DNA of 64,000 nt from Mollicutes bacterium (GCA_012799635.1 JAAZKW010000023.1:27135-91134); one strand, 5' to 3'. Shown: positions 30,490-41,474, counted from the first letter of the stretch. The notes: generated from the letters alone by a model not told the origin. Made by a program: numbers and translations.

Positions 30490-30834
30490 ATGTGGAATAT
30501 TATGAAAAAGAAAGACAGGATTAAATCAAGTATTGAGTTTAATAAAATTATTAAAATAGGAAAAAAAATTTCTAATGCTTTTTATGCTATATTTTACATT
30601 GAAAAAGAAGAAGAAAATCCAAAGTTTGGAATAGGAGTGTCTAAAAAATTTAAAAAAGCAGTATTAAGAAATAAAGTAAAAAGACAAATGAGAGAAATAA
30701 TTTTTAAGACAAAAAATTTATTTCCAAAAAATAAAAATTATATTATAATAGTAAAGGAAGAGTTTACAAAAATATCATTTGATGAAAAATTAAATAATTT
30801 TAAAAAAGTAATAGGAGAAATACATGAAAAATAA
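30490..30834 (+). CDS. rnpA: Ribonuclease P protein component
   Basis: Basic 114-aa protein with an RNR-type motif (VLRNKVKRQMRE), directly after rpmH. An alternative start at 30502 is possible. Confidence 0.88.
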   Translation: MWNIMKKKDRIKSSIEFNKIIKIGKKISNAFYAIFYIEKEEENPKFGIGVSKKFKKAVLRNKVKRQMREIIFKTKNLFPKNKNYIIIVKEEFTKISFDEKLNNFKKVIGEIHEK

Positions 30835-31882
30835 ATTTAAAATAATAATATTATTGTTTCTAATGTTATGTATAACTGGATGTGGTGCTAAAAATTTAAT
30901 AATTGATAAGAATAATAAAATAGTAACAAGTAAAGAAACAGGACAAAGTTTACAAAGAGAAATATATTGTAAACCATCGAAAAATACAGAAACATATAAA
31001 CTTTATGAAAAATATTCTGATCAAATGAAAACTAAACTAGAGGATTTACCAGAATGTAATAAATTTAAGATGAATTCTACAAAAACGAGCAGTTTATGGC
31101 AATTTTTATTTGTAAAACCTTTAGCATTTATATTATTAAAATTAGGAAATTTATTTAAATATATGGGATTAACAAAATCATATTTAGCAGTGTCATTAAT
31201 AGTTATTGGTTTATTAATAAGAATAATTATATTACCATTTAATATAAAAAGTCAAAATCAAAGTAAACAAATGCAAAAAGCAATGCCGGAAATAAAAAGG
31301 ATAGAAAAAAAATATGCTAATTCAAATGATAAGACAGAAATGATGATGCGTGCTTCTGAAATTCAAAAAATATATAATAAATATAAAATAAATCCAGTAT
31401 TAAGTTGTTTGTTAGCATTAATTCAATTACCAATCTTTTTCGCTTTTTTACAAGCTATATATAAAATACCAGCAATTTATGAGGGAGAAATTTTTGGTTA
31501 TAATTTAGGCACAACACCAAGCGTTGGTTTATTTGAAAAACAACAATATGGATATATAATTTTAATTTTATTAATTATATTAACTACGTTCTTTTCGTTT
31601 AAATACACAATGAAACAATCACAAGCTTCTAATCAAGAAGATGGTAAAAATCAAATGAATACAATGTTAATAGTTATGACTGTACTTATAGGTTTTACAT
31701 CCTTTTCTCTTCCTACAGCTATAGCAATTTATTGGATAGTTACATATTCTTTTATAATTATACAAACATATATAATGAAAGTAATTGAAAAAAACAAAGA
31801 TATAAAAAGGAATCCAAGAAAAAAGAAAATAAATGATAAATTAAAATTGAAAGAAGGGCTAAAATATGGAAAAAATAGTTAA
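30824..31882 (+). CDS. yidC: Membrane protein insertase YidC/SpoIIIJ (lipoprotein form)
   Basis: Lipobox LMLCITGCG, multiple TM segments, and QMQKAMPEIKRIEKKY typical of the 60-kDa inner membrane insertase core. Confidence 0.88.
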   Translation: MKNKFKIIILLFLMLCITGCGAKNLIIDKNNKIVTSKETGQSLQREIYCKPSKNTETYKLYEKYSDQMKTKLEDLPECNKFKMNSTKTSSLWQFLFVKPLAFILLKLGNLFKYMGLTKSYLAVSLIVIGLLIRIIILPFNIKSQNQSKQMQKAMPEIKRIEKKYANSNDKTEMMMRASEIQKIYNKYKINPVLSCLLALIQLPIFFAFLQAIYKIPAIYEGEIFGYNLGTTPSVGLFEKQQYGYIILILLIILTTFFSFKYTMKQSQASNQEDGKNQMNTMLIVMTVLIGFTSFSLPTAIAIYWIVTYSFIIIQTYIMKVIEKNKDIKRNPRKKKINDKLKLKEGLKYGKNS

Positions 31883-32474
31883 AAAAGGAAAAGACATCGA
31901 TTCTATTTTAGAAGAGTTTTGTGAAGAGACAGGTTTGACAAAAGATGATATTGTTTATAAGGATTCAGAACAAAAAAAAGGTCTTTTTAAAGGGACAGTA
32001 AATGAAGTAACAATATATAAAAAAGCAGATATATATTCGTATGCTAAAGAATTTTTAAAAGAAATTGTTGAAAAATTAGGTCTTGAGGTATCTTTTGAAA
32101 CAAAGAAACAAGAAGATAAAGTTATAATAAGAATGTATTCTGATAATAACAATATTTTAATAGGACATAACGGGAACACGTTAAGAGCTTTAGAAACAAT
32201 TGTTAAACAAAAAATTCAATTAGAAACAGATTTATATTTTATGATTTTTCTTGATGTTGAAAATTATAAAGATAAAAAAGAAGCAAGAATTAAAAGACTT
32301 GCAAGACAAATCGCAAGAGAGGTAAAAAGAACTAATATTGAAGTTAAAATGGAAAACATGAATGCCTATGAAAGAAGAATAGTTCATAGCGCTTTAACAA
32401 AATTTAAAGGAGTTTCTACAAAAAGCGAAGGAGTAGAACCAAACCGTCATGTTGTTATTAGTCCAGTAAAATAA
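31866..32474 (+). CDS. jag: Jag/KhpB RNA-binding protein (KH + R3H)
   Basis: R3H motif MNAYERRIVHSAL, a KH-like central domain, and a position after yidC. Confidence 0.85.
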   Translation: MEKIVKKGKDIDSILEEFCEETGLTKDDIVYKDSEQKKGLFKGTVNEVTIYKKADIYSYAKEFLKEIVEKLGLEVSFETKKQEDKVIIRMYSDNNNILIGHNGNTLRALETIVKQKIQLETDLYFMIFLDVENYKDKKEARIKRLARQIAREVKRTNIEVKMENMNAYERRIVHSALTKFKGVSTKSEGVEPNRHVVISPVK

Positions 32475-32498
32475 ACTATGTTAAAGCATAGTTTTTTT
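32473..32498 (+). terminator. Rho-independent terminator after jag
   Basis: AAACTATG-ttaaag-CATAGTTT followed by a T-run. Confidence 0.7.
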
Positions 32499-32555
32499 AT
32501 TATAATTACATATATCTGTGGATTTATGCTATAATACCGTTGCAAAGGAAAAAAT

Positions 32556-33896
32556 ATGGATGATACAATTTGTGCCATTTCAACAGCACAAGGAATAGGT
32601 GCTATATCTATTATTAGAGTAAGTGGATCTGAAGCAATTAAAATAGTTCAGAGTATTTTTTCTAATGAAATAAAAAGTAAAGAAACACATGTTATTAAGT
32701 ATGGAAAAATAATTTATAATAAGGAAATAATTGATGAAGTTCTATTAATGGTTATGAGAAGTCCCAAAACATATACAAAAGAAGACATTGTAGAAATAAA
32801 TTGTCATGGAGGATATAACACTACCAATATGATACTTAGAATTTTACTTGATAAAGGCTGTAGACTTGCAGAACCAGGGGAATTTACTAAACGAGCTTTC
32901 TTAAATGGAAGAATTAATTTATTAGAATCAGAAGCAGTTAATGATCTTATTATGGCTAAAACAGATTCTAAAAGAAAACTTTCTCTTAATCAAATAGGGG
33001 GTAAACTAACAATAAAAATTAACGAGATTAGAGATATGTTATTATCTTTAATGGCAAATATTGAAGTAAATATTGATTATCCTGAATATACAGATAATTT
33101 AGTTATTACAAAGAAATTATTAAATGAAAAATTAAATGAAATAGCCAAATATTTATCTAAATTAGTAAAAGAATCTGAATATGGAAGAATTGTTTCAAAT
33201 GGGATAATGGTCGCTATAGTTGGTAAGCCTAATGTTGGAAAAAGTAGTATATTAAATAGTTTATTAGATGAAGAAAGAGCAATTGTAACAGATGTTGCAG
33301 GCACTACTAGAGATATTGTTGAGGGAGTAGTATCATTAAATGGTATTGAGGTTAAATTAGTAGATACTGCAGGAATAAGAGAGACAAAAGATGTTGTAGA
33401 GAAAATTGGTGTTGAAAAGAGTTTGGAAATTATTCAAAAGTGTGATGTTATATTATTTGTAATTGATGCAACAACAGGGATTACAAAGGAAGATAAAAAA
33501 ATTTTAAATAAATTAGACATTAATAAAACAATAATTTTCGCAAATAAAGATGATCTAAAACATAAGAAGATAATTACAAATTTTGAAATTGTTTATGGTA
33601 ATGCTAAAACATTAGACGGACTAGATAATCTTAAAAATAAATTAATAGAAAAATTTAACATAAGTGAAATCAATAGGGACTTAACTTATCTTTCAAATTC
33701 AAGACAATTAGACTTAATAAAAAAAGCTAATGATTCATTAATTAATGGATTAAATTCTTTAAAAAATAATATTCCTATAGATATGATTGAAACTGACTTA
33801 CGAGCATGTTATGAATATTTAAGTGAGATATTAGGTGAAAGATATGAAGAAGATCTTGTAAATAGATTATTTAAAGATTTTTGCGTAGGGAAGTGA
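32556..33896 (+). CDS. mnmE: tRNA modification GTPase MnmE
   Basis: DTICAISTAQG, GKPNVGKSS, DTAGIR, C-terminal FCVGK. Confidence 0.93.
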   Translation: MDDTICAISTAQGIGAISIIRVSGSEAIKIVQSIFSNEIKSKETHVIKYGKIIYNKEIIDEVLLMVMRSPKTYTKEDIVEINCHGGYNTTNMILRILLDKGCRLAEPGEFTKRAFLNGRINLLESEAVNDLIMAKTDSKRKLSLNQIGGKLTIKINEIRDMLLSLMANIEVNIDYPEYTDNLVITKKLLNEKLNEIAKYLSKLVKESEYGRIVSNGIMVAIVGKPNVGKSSILNSLLDEERAIVTDVAGTTRDIVEGVVSLNGIEVKLVDTAGIRETKDVVEKIGVEKSLEIIQKCDVILFVIDATTGITKEDKKILNKLDINKTIIFANKDDLKHKKIITNFEIVYGNAKTLDGLDNLKNKLIEKFNISEINRDLTYLSNSRQLDLIKKANDSLINGLNSLKNNIPIDMIETDLRACYEYLSEILGERYEEDLVNRLFKDFCVGK

Positions 33897-33903
33897 AAAT
33901 ATT

Positions 33904-35781
33904 ATGTACGATATAATTGTAGTTGGTGCTGGTCATGCAGGAATAGAAGCAGCTCATATTTGTGCTAAAATGGGATTTAATACATTACTATTATCATCAA
34001 ATTTAAATAATATTGCTGATATGGCGTGTAATCCATCTATTGGAGGAAGTGCAAAAGGAGTTATAGTAAGAGAAATAGATGCTTTGGGTGGTCTAATGGG
34101 AAAAGCATCCGATGAATCACATTTTCAAATAAAAATGTTAAATAATTCTAAAGGACCAGTTATAAGGGCATTAAGAGCACAAATAGATAAAAAAGTTTAT
34201 CCTAAAGTTATGAGAAGATATCTTGATGAAACAAAAAAATTAATTCTTAAAGAAGGAATGGTAGAAGATATAATTATTAAAAATAATCAAGTTAAGGGAG
34301 TAATTTTATCAGATAACAAGAGATTTGAAAGTAAAATTGTAATTCTTACAACAGGAACATACTTAAATTCAAATATACTAATAGGCGATGAAAACATAGT
34401 AAGTGGACCACATGGAGAAAAAAGAAGTAACTTTTTATCATTAAATTTAAAAAAATATGGTATTAATATTAAAAGATTAAAAACAGGAACACCTCAAAGA
34501 ATAAAAGGAGATAGCATTAATTTTAATGTTTTAAAAGAGGAAAAGGGTGATGATCATTACTGGACTTTTTCTTTTGATATAAAACCACAATATAAAATAA
34601 ATGAACAGCAAAAATGTTATTTGGTTTATACAAATGCAAAAACACATAAGATAATTAATGAAAATTTAGATAGAAGCGCTATGTATGGAGGATATCTTAC
34701 AAAAGGGGCAGTAGGGCCAAGATATTGTCCATCTATTGAAGATAAGATTGTGCGTTTTTCAGATAAGGAAAGACATCAACTATTTTTAGAACCAGAAAGT
34801 ATCTATTATGATGAATGGTATTTACAAGGTTTTTCAACATCAATGCCAAGAGATGTTCAAGAAAAAATGCTTCATTCTTTAGAAGGTTTGGAAAATGCAG
34901 TAATTTCAAAATATGCTTATGCAATTGAATATGATTCTATTGATCCAATTCAAATTAACGCTAGTTTAGAAAATAAAATTATAAAAAATTTATTTACTGC
35001 CGGACAAATAAATGGAACTTCCGGTTATGAAGAGGCAGCAGCTCAAGGAATTATGGCAGGTATTAATGCTGTTTTGAAATTAAAAAAGAAAGAACCATTT
35101 ATTTTGAAAAGATATGATGCATATATTGGAGTATTAATAGATGATTTAGTTACAAAAGGAATTATTGATCCATATAGAATGCTTACATCACGAGCGGAAT
35201 ATAGATTAATATTAAGACATGATAATGCTGATATAAGACTTACTGAAAAAGGTTATAAAATAGGATCGGTATCTAAAGAAAAATATGAGATTTTTAAAAA
35301 AAGAGTTAATGAAATAGAAAAACTAAAACAGATATTAAAAGATAAAAAACTTCACATAAATGAAGAAGTTAAAGAAATTTTTAAAATTAATAATATTAAT
35401 GTGCCAGCTAGTAATATAAATTTGTTAAGTTTATTAAATAGACCTGAGATAAGTATTGAATTTTTAAAAAACTTTGTTGATTTATCAATGTTTAGTAAAG
35501 ATGCAATAGAAGAAGTAGAGATAGAAACAAAATATTCTGGTTATATTCAAAAAGAGTATAGGGCAATCGAAAAATTAGCAAAACTAGAAGAAAAAAAGAT
35601 TCCCGAAGATATAGATTATACTAAAATAAAAAACATCGCTTCTGAAGCAAGAAGCAAACTTGAAGAAATAAGACCTTTAAATATAGCTCAAGCATCAAGA
35701 ATTAGTGGTGTTAATCCTGTAGATATCTCACTTTTATTAATTTATTTAAAAAAGGAATATAGCAAAGATGAAAATAAATAA
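33904..35781 (+). CDS. mnmG: tRNA uridine 5-carboxymethylaminomethyl modification enzyme MnmG
   Basis: YDIIVVGAGHAGIEAA, NPSIGG, GPRYCPSIEDK, QINGTSGYEEAAAQG. Confidence 0.95.
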   Translation: MYDIIVVGAGHAGIEAAHICAKMGFNTLLLSSNLNNIADMACNPSIGGSAKGVIVREIDALGGLMGKASDESHFQIKMLNNSKGPVIRALRAQIDKKVYPKVMRRYLDETKKLILKEGMVEDIIIKNNQVKGVILSDNKRFESKIVILTTGTYLNSNILIGDENIVSGPHGEKRSNFLSLNLKKYGINIKRLKTGTPQRIKGDSINFNVLKEEKGDDHYWTFSFDIKPQYKINEQQKCYLVYTNAKTHKIINENLDRSAMYGGYLTKGAVGPRYCPSIEDKIVRFSDKERHQLFLEPESIYYDEWYLQGFSTSMPRDVQEKMLHSLEGLENAVISKYAYAIEYDSIDPIQINASLENKIIKNLFTAGQINGTSGYEEAAAQGIMAGINAVLKLKKKEPFILKRYDAYIGVLIDDLVTKGIIDPYRMLTSRAEYRLILRHDNADIRLTEKGYKIGSVSKEKYEIFKKRVNEIEKLKQILKDKKLHINEEVKEIFKINNINVPASNINLLSLLNRPEISIEFLKNFVDLSMFSKDAIEEVEIETKYSGYIQKEYRAIEKLAKLEEKKIPEDIDYTKIKNIASEARSKLEEIRPLNIAQASRISGVNPVDISLLLIYLKKEYSKDENK

Positions 35782-36508
35782 ATTTATAAATAAACTTAGA
35801 GAAATAGGTATTGAAGTTGATGAAAAAAAATTAAACTTGCTTGAAAAGTATTACAATATTCTAATAGAGTATAATACTCATACTAATCTAACATCAATTA
35901 TAAAAAAAGAAGAAGTATATTTGAAACATTTTTATGATTCATTAACGGCCTATAAAGCACATGATTTTAAACAAAACACCTCGGTAATTGATGTTGGTTC
36001 TGGAGCCGGATTTCCAGGCGTTGTCCTAAAAATCTTTTTCCCAAACATAAGACTTACAATAATTGATTCTAATAACAAGAAAACAAAATTTATTTTAGAA
36101 CTTATTAGACTATTAAATTTAAAAGATATTAATGTGATAAATGATAGGGCAGAAAATTATGCAAAAAATAATCTTAATAAATATGATATATGTATATCAA
36201 GAGCAGTAGCATTTATAGATATAATTTCAGAGCTTTGTATTCCTTTAATAAAAAAAGAAGGAAAAGTTATATTGATGAAGGGAGCTTTTGATGAAGAAAA
36301 GATTATTTTAGAAAAACATAAAAAGGATTTAAACATAGAAAAATACGATATTATAAATTGTGATTTAGATGAAAATAATGTAAGAAATCTTGTAATATTA
36401 TTTAAAAAAACAATTTCAAAAGATATAAAAGATTATAATACAATTTTAAAAAGAAATAAAAAATGGAAAACCAAATATTTAAGGGAAAACATTATTGCAA
36501 AAAACTAA
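35768..36508 (+). CDS. rsmG: 16S rRNA (guanine527-N7)-methyltransferase
   Basis: HFYDSL, DVGSGAGFPGVVLKI, SRAVA. Confidence 0.9.
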   Translation: MKINKFINKLREIGIEVDEKKLNLLEKYYNILIEYNTHTNLTSIIKKEEVYLKHFYDSLTAYKAHDFKQNTSVIDVGSGAGFPGVVLKIFFPNIRLTIIDSNNKKTKFILELIRLLNLKDINVINDRAENYAKNNLNKYDICISRAVAFIDIISELCIPLIKKEGKVILMKGAFDEEKIILEKHKKDLNIEKYDIINCDLDENNVRNLVILFKKTISKDIKDYNTILKRNKKWKTKYLRENIIAKN

Positions 36509-36548
36509 AAATTAGAGTATTATTGATATAAAGATAAGGGGCAGTACT

Positions 36549-37511
36549 ATGAATTTTGATTCTAGTGTTTTAAATATTGCTATAGAAGATATATTGCCAA
36601 ATCGTTTTCAACCACGATTGAATTTTAATGATGGTGGATTAGAAGACCTAGCAAATTCAATAAAAGAGCATGGTATTATTCAACCTCTTGTTTTAAGAAG
36701 AATGGGCGATAAATATGAAATAATAGCAGGAGAAAGAAGATATAAGGCGGCTACAATGGCAGGCCTTACTTCTGTGCCTGCTGTAATTGCTAACATAGAT
36801 GATAAAAAAAGTGCTGAAATTTCTGTTGTTGAGAATGTTCAAAGGGAAGAATTATCTGCAATTGAAGAAGCAAAATCGTATAAAGCGCTTTTAGATCAAG
36901 GATTTATGTCCGAAGAACAATTATCAAAAAAAATAGGTATTCCTTTAGATGTTTTACAATCAAAGCTTAAATTGCTTAATTTACATCCTGATGTTCAAGA
37001 TGCTATAACGACGAAAAAAATATCAGAAAGACATGGTAGATCGTTATTATCAATTGAAAAAGAAGAAGATCAGAAAAAACTTCTAGAGGCAATTATTAAT
37101 GAAAGACTCACTGTAAAACAATTAAATGATAAAATAAATTTAGAATATAAGGTTCATGAAAAGCCAAAGCCAAAAAAAGTGGCATCTTCAAATCCAGCAA
37201 CAATACCAATTCAAAGGTCATCAACATCTATGGGTATAGAACTTGGTGAAACTAGAAAAAACAAGTTTTTTAATGCTCTTGAAGATGAAAGTGCAAATAT
37301 GGTTATGACAGATGCAATAAATCCGCTTTTTACTTTTAATACAACAACTGCAGAGGAGTCAAAAATAGAACCTTTGAAAAATTTAAGTGAAATAGATAAT
37401 ATATTTAGTAGTGCGCCTTCGGTAAGTAAAGAACCAAAAATTGAAGTATTAGATACACTTTCTGATGATAATAGTAGCGATTTGGTTGATACGGAAATAG
37501 ATACTCTTTAA
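36549..37511 (+). CDS. parB: ParB/Spo0J-family partition protein (no adjacent ParA)
   Basis: LPNRFQPR, IIQPLVLR, AGERRYKAA (GERRxRA CTP-binding motif), VENVQREELSAIEEA. Long Ser/Thr/acidic C-terminal tail. Confidence 0.85.
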   Translation: MNFDSSVLNIAIEDILPNRFQPRLNFNDGGLEDLANSIKEHGIIQPLVLRRMGDKYEIIAGERRYKAATMAGLTSVPAVIANIDDKKSAEISVVENVQREELSAIEEAKSYKALLDQGFMSEEQLSKKIGIPLDVLQSKLKLLNLHPDVQDAITTKKISERHGRSLLSIEKEEDQKKLLEAIINERLTVKQLNDKINLEYKVHEKPKPKKVASSNPATIPIQRSSTSMGIELGETRKNKFFNALEDESANMVMTDAINPLFTFNTTTAEESKIEPLKNLSEIDNIFSSAPSVSKEPKIEVLDTLSDDNSSDLVDTEIDTL

Positions 37512-37604
37512 ATATAAAATTAAATATAATAATAAAAAACAAGATATATGATGCATTTTAAAATCTTGTATGCTATAATGTTTTAGAAAAAAAGCGAAAA
37601 GGAA

Positions 37605-39221
37605 ATGATGTTTATGACAGAAACAATAACTGCTTTAATTAATGAAGCATTAAAAAAAATGGGCATAACGGATGAAGAAGTAAGCGTTGAAGTTCCAAAA
37701 ACAAAAGAAAATGGTGACTATAGCTCTAATATAGGTATGAGATTAGCAAAAAAATTTAAAAAAAGACCAATGGAAATAGCTCAAGAAATTGCTTTTTTAA
37801 TAAAAAACGACAACATTGAAAAAATAGCGATAGTTGAACCTGGATTTATAAATTTTTATTTAAAAAAAGATTATTTATTTAAAAATATAAATACCATATT
37901 AAAAGAAAAAAATAAATATGGCTCTTCTTTGTGTGGAAAGGGAAAAAAAATAAATATTGAGTTTGTTAGTGCTAATCCAACAGGAATACTTCATGTTGGT
38001 AATGCAAGAGGGGCTGCATATGGTGATTCGCTTGCTCGCATCTTAAAATTCCTTGGTTATGATGTTACTAAAGAATATTATATGAATGATGCGGGTGTTC
38101 AAGTAAACAAATTAGGAAAATCTATAAAAAGTAATTATTTAGATTTGTGTAAGATTGAAAATGAATTCCCAGAAGATGGTTATCCCGGAAAAGAAATCAA
38201 ACAAATTGCAGAACAATTATATGAGAAGTATAAGTGTTCTTTAAAAGATAATGATTTAGACATATTTAAAGATGCAGGAATTAAATATATTAGTGATCAA
38301 ATATTTCAAGATTTAAAAGAATTTAGAGTTGAATATGATACTATAACTTCAGAAAAAGAGATTCGTGAAAAATATTCAATTAAAGATTTGATTAAAACGA
38401 TGAGAAAAAATGGTTATATATATGAAAAGGATGGCGCAACTTGGTTTAAAAGTAGTGATATATATGATACCGAGGATCGTGTTCTAATAAAAAGTGATGG
38501 AAATCCAACATATATAGTACCAGATATTTTATATCATCAAGACAAGTTTAAAAGGGGTTTTGATAGACTTTATACTATTTTAGGGACAGATCATCATGGA
38601 TATGTTCCAAGAATGAAAAGCTCTTTAAAAGCGCTGGATTATGATGATTCTAAACTAGATGTTAAATTATTGCAGTTAGTTAGAATTGTTAAAAACAATA
38701 AAGTAGTAACAATGCATAAAAGAGAAGGTAATATAATTTATCTAAGAGATCTTATAAGAGAAGTAGGAGTAAATGCATCAAGATATTACTTTTCCAAAAG
38801 CTCTCTTGATACTCAAATGGATTTTGATATAGAATTAGCTAAGTCAAAAACAAATGAAAATCCTATATATTATGTAAGCTATGCTTATGCTAGAATGTGT
38901 TCTATCTTAAATGTAAATAAAGAAATTACTAATATAGAAGAATATAAATATATTAAAGATGATACAGCAATAGAGTTATTAAGTTTAATATATAGATTTC
39001 CTGAAATTGTTAAAAAAGCGGGAAATAAAGAAGAACCACATTTAATAACAAATTATATATTTAACTTGGCAACATTGTTTCATTCATTTTATGAAAAATA
39101 TCGCATAATAACAGATAATAAAACAGAAACAAATGAAAATTTAAATTTATTAAAAGCAACAAAGATAACATTATTTAATGCTTTAAATTTAATTGGGGTT
39201 ATACCTGAAGAAAGGATGTAA
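37605..39221 (+). CDS. argS: Arginine--tRNA ligase
   Basis: SANPTGILHVGNARGAA (HIGH region), GTDHHGY, YYVSYAYAR. Alternative in-frame starts at 37608 and 37614. Confidence 0.92.
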   Translation: MMFMTETITALINEALKKMGITDEEVSVEVPKTKENGDYSSNIGMRLAKKFKKRPMEIAQEIAFLIKNDNIEKIAIVEPGFINFYLKKDYLFKNINTILKEKNKYGSSLCGKGKKINIEFVSANPTGILHVGNARGAAYGDSLARILKFLGYDVTKEYYMNDAGVQVNKLGKSIKSNYLDLCKIENEFPEDGYPGKEIKQIAEQLYEKYKCSLKDNDLDIFKDAGIKYISDQIFQDLKEFRVEYDTITSEKEIREKYSIKDLIKTMRKNGYIYEKDGATWFKSSDIYDTEDRVLIKSDGNPTYIVPDILYHQDKFKRGFDRLYTILGTDHHGYVPRMKSSLKALDYDDSKLDVKLLQLVRIVKNNKVVTMHKREGNIIYLRDLIREVGVNASRYYFSKSSLDTQMDFDIELAKSKTNENPIYYVSYAYARMCSILNVNKEITNIEEYKYIKDDTAIELLSLIYRFPEIVKKAGNKEEPHLITNYIFNLATLFHSFYEKYRIITDNKTETNENLNLLKATKITLFNALNLIGVIPEERM

Positions 39222-39226
39222 TTAAT

Positions 39227-39661
39227 ATGACTAATGTATTATCTAATGAAGAATTAGAAACTATGAATTATAGTGAACTTGCGGAATTAATTTTAAAAGA
39301 AGAAAAAAGAAAAATGAAAATAGTTGATATTTTTAAAACTATTTGTAAAATTAAAAATTTAAGTGATGATGTTTTTGAAACAAAAATAAGTGATTTTTTT
39401 GAACTCATTTCAACTGATAAAAGATTTATAATACTAGAGCAAGGCTTTTGTGATTTAAAAATAAAACACACTCCTAACGTTTTAATCGAAGATGAAGAAG
39501 ATCTTCTTGAACTGGATACAAATATTTTAACAGATGATTTTGATGAAGATGAGGGAGACATTTATTATGACAGCTCAAGCGATGACGATGATATAACCGA
39601 TGATGATAGTGACGGGCTTGAGGGATTATATGTAATTGATGAAGATGAAACAAACTCATAA
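39227..39661 (+). CDS. rpoE: DNA-directed RNA polymerase delta subunit
   Basis: N-terminal HARE-HTH-like domain (MNYSELAELILKE...DFFELISTDKRFI) plus a strongly acidic D/E-rich C-terminal tail. Confidence 0.8.
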   Translation: MTNVLSNEELETMNYSELAELILKEEKRKMKIVDIFKTICKIKNLSDDVFETKISDFFELISTDKRFIILEQGFCDLKIKHTPNVLIEDEEDLLELDTNILTDDFDEDEGDIYYDSSSDDDDITDDDSDGLEGLYVIDEDETNS

Positions 39662-39696
39662 TATTATGTAACAATTAAATCAAAGGAAGTGAAAAT

Positions 39697-40758
39697 ATGA
39701 TTGAAAGGCTTGAAGCAATAATCGATAAATATAATGAATTAGATAGACTTTTGTTGAAGCAAGAAGTATTAAATGACTATAATTTATTAAAAAAGTATTC
39801 AAAAGAAAAAAGTGATTTAGAAAAGACGGTTACTATATATAAAAAATACAAAAAGGTTTTATCTTCGATTGATGAAGCAAATAAAATGCTTGCGGACCCA
39901 GAGTTAAACGAGATAGCCTCTGAGGAGCTTATTGTTTTGGAAAAAGAGAAAGAAACATTATTTAATAAACTTGAAATATTGTTAGTTCCTCAAGATGAAA
40001 ATGATGGAAAAAATGTTATTATGGAAATAAGAGGAGCTGCTGGAGGAGATGAAGCAAATATTTTTTCTGGGGATCTTTTTAGAATGTATTCTTATTATGC
40101 AGAAAAGAATGGATGGAAAATAGAAATTATTAATTCAATCGAAGGAACTTCGGGTGGTTTTTCTCAAATAGAATATTTAATTAAAGGAGAAAATGTTTAT
40201 TCTAAACTGAAATACGAAAGTGGATCACATAGAGTTCAAAGAGTTCCAGAAACCGAAAGTCAAGGCAGAGTACATACTTCAACGGTAACTGTTTTGGTGA
40301 TGCCAGAATATGAAGATGTAAATGTGGAAATAAAAGAAAGTGATTTAAAAATAGATGTGTTCCATTCCTCTGGTGCAGGAGGGCAATCAGTTAATACAAG
40401 TAATTCTGCAGTAAGAATTACACATGTTCCAACAGGAATCGTAGTTACATGTCAAACAGAAAGAAGTCAACTTAAAAATAAGGAGATAGCAATGTCGTTA
40501 TTAAAAAATAAAATTAATAATGATTTAATGGAAAAACAACAGTTGTCAGAAGCAGAAGAAAGAAAAAGTAAAATAGGCACGGGTGACAGGAGTGAAAAAA
40601 TTAGAACTTATAATTATTCACAAAATAGAGTTACCGATCATCGAATAAATTTTTCTATTATGGAACTTGATAAGGTTATGGACGGTTATTTAGATCCAAT
40701 CATTGAAGCTTTAATTAACGAAGATATGCGTTTAAAGTTAGCAGGTATTAAAAAATGA
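39697..40758 (+). CDS. prfA: Peptide chain release factor 1
   Basis: ESGSHRVQRVPETESQGRVHTS and the GGQ motif SGAGGQSVN. Confidence 0.93.
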   Translation: MIERLEAIIDKYNELDRLLLKQEVLNDYNLLKKYSKEKSDLEKTVTIYKKYKKVLSSIDEANKMLADPELNEIASEELIVLEKEKETLFNKLEILLVPQDENDGKNVIMEIRGAAGGDEANIFSGDLFRMYSYYAEKNGWKIEIINSIEGTSGGFSQIEYLIKGENVYSKLKYESGSHRVQRVPETESQGRVHTSTVTVLVMPEYEDVNVEIKESDLKIDVFHSSGAGGQSVNTSNSAVRITHVPTGIVVTCQTERSQLKNKEIAMSLLKNKINNDLMEKQQLSEAEERKSKIGTGDRSEKIRTYNYSQNRVTDHRINFSIMELDKVMDGYLDPIIEALINEDMRLKLAGIKK

Positions 40759-41474
40759 ATAATTATGATATCGATTTAATAAAAAAATATATAGAAAAAA
40801 GTAAACAAGAAGAAGCTATAAAAAAATATAAAGAAGGGTATCCAGTACAATATTTAATTGGAAATGTAGATTTTTTTGGTAATAAAATTATTGTTAATGA
40901 AAAAGTTTTAATTCCGAGATTTGAAACCGAATATTTAGTTGATGACACCTTGAAATTATTAAAAAAATATAATTTTATAAATCCGAAAACTCTTGATATT
41001 GGTACTGGGAGCGGCTGTATTAGTATTGCTTTGAAAAAAAATATTAAATGTGAAGTTACAGCTGTTGATATTTCAAGGGATGCTCTTGAGGTTGCGAAAA
41101 AAAATGCCGAGATTAATAATGTAGAAATTAATTTTGTAAAGCAAGCCATAGAGGATTTTTCTTCTTTTGGTAATTTTGATGTAATAATTTCAAATCCACC
41201 ATATATTTCTATGAAAGAGAAAATAGATCCTAAAACAAAGCATGAACCCCATAATGCTCTTTATTCAAATGAAGATGGAACATATTTTTATAGGGTAATT
41301 TTAGAAAAAGCAATTGATATATTAGCAAAAAAGAGTATTATTGCTTTTGAAATTGGAGACAAACAAGGATCAAAGGTTATAAAGATGGCCAAAGAGTTGT
41401 TTCCTAAAGCAAATATTGAAATAAAAAAAGATTTAAATGATTTTGAAAGATATATATATATTATAAATAAATAA
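40755..41474 (+). CDS. prmC: Release factor glutamine methyltransferase (HemK)
   Basis: DIGTGSGCI SAM motif and NPPYI. Overlaps the prfA stop (ATGA). Confidence 0.88.
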   Translation: MNNYDIDLIKKYIEKSKQEEAIKKYKEGYPVQYLIGNVDFFGNKIIVNEKVLIPRFETEYLVDDTLKLLKKYNFINPKTLDIGTGSGCISIALKKNIKCEVTAVDISRDALEVAKKNAEINNVEINFVKQAIEDFSSFGNFDVIISNPPYISMKEKIDPKTKHEPHNALYSNEDGTYFYRVILEKAIDILAKKSIIAFEIGDKQGSKVIKMAKELFPKANIEIKKDLNDFERYIYIINK

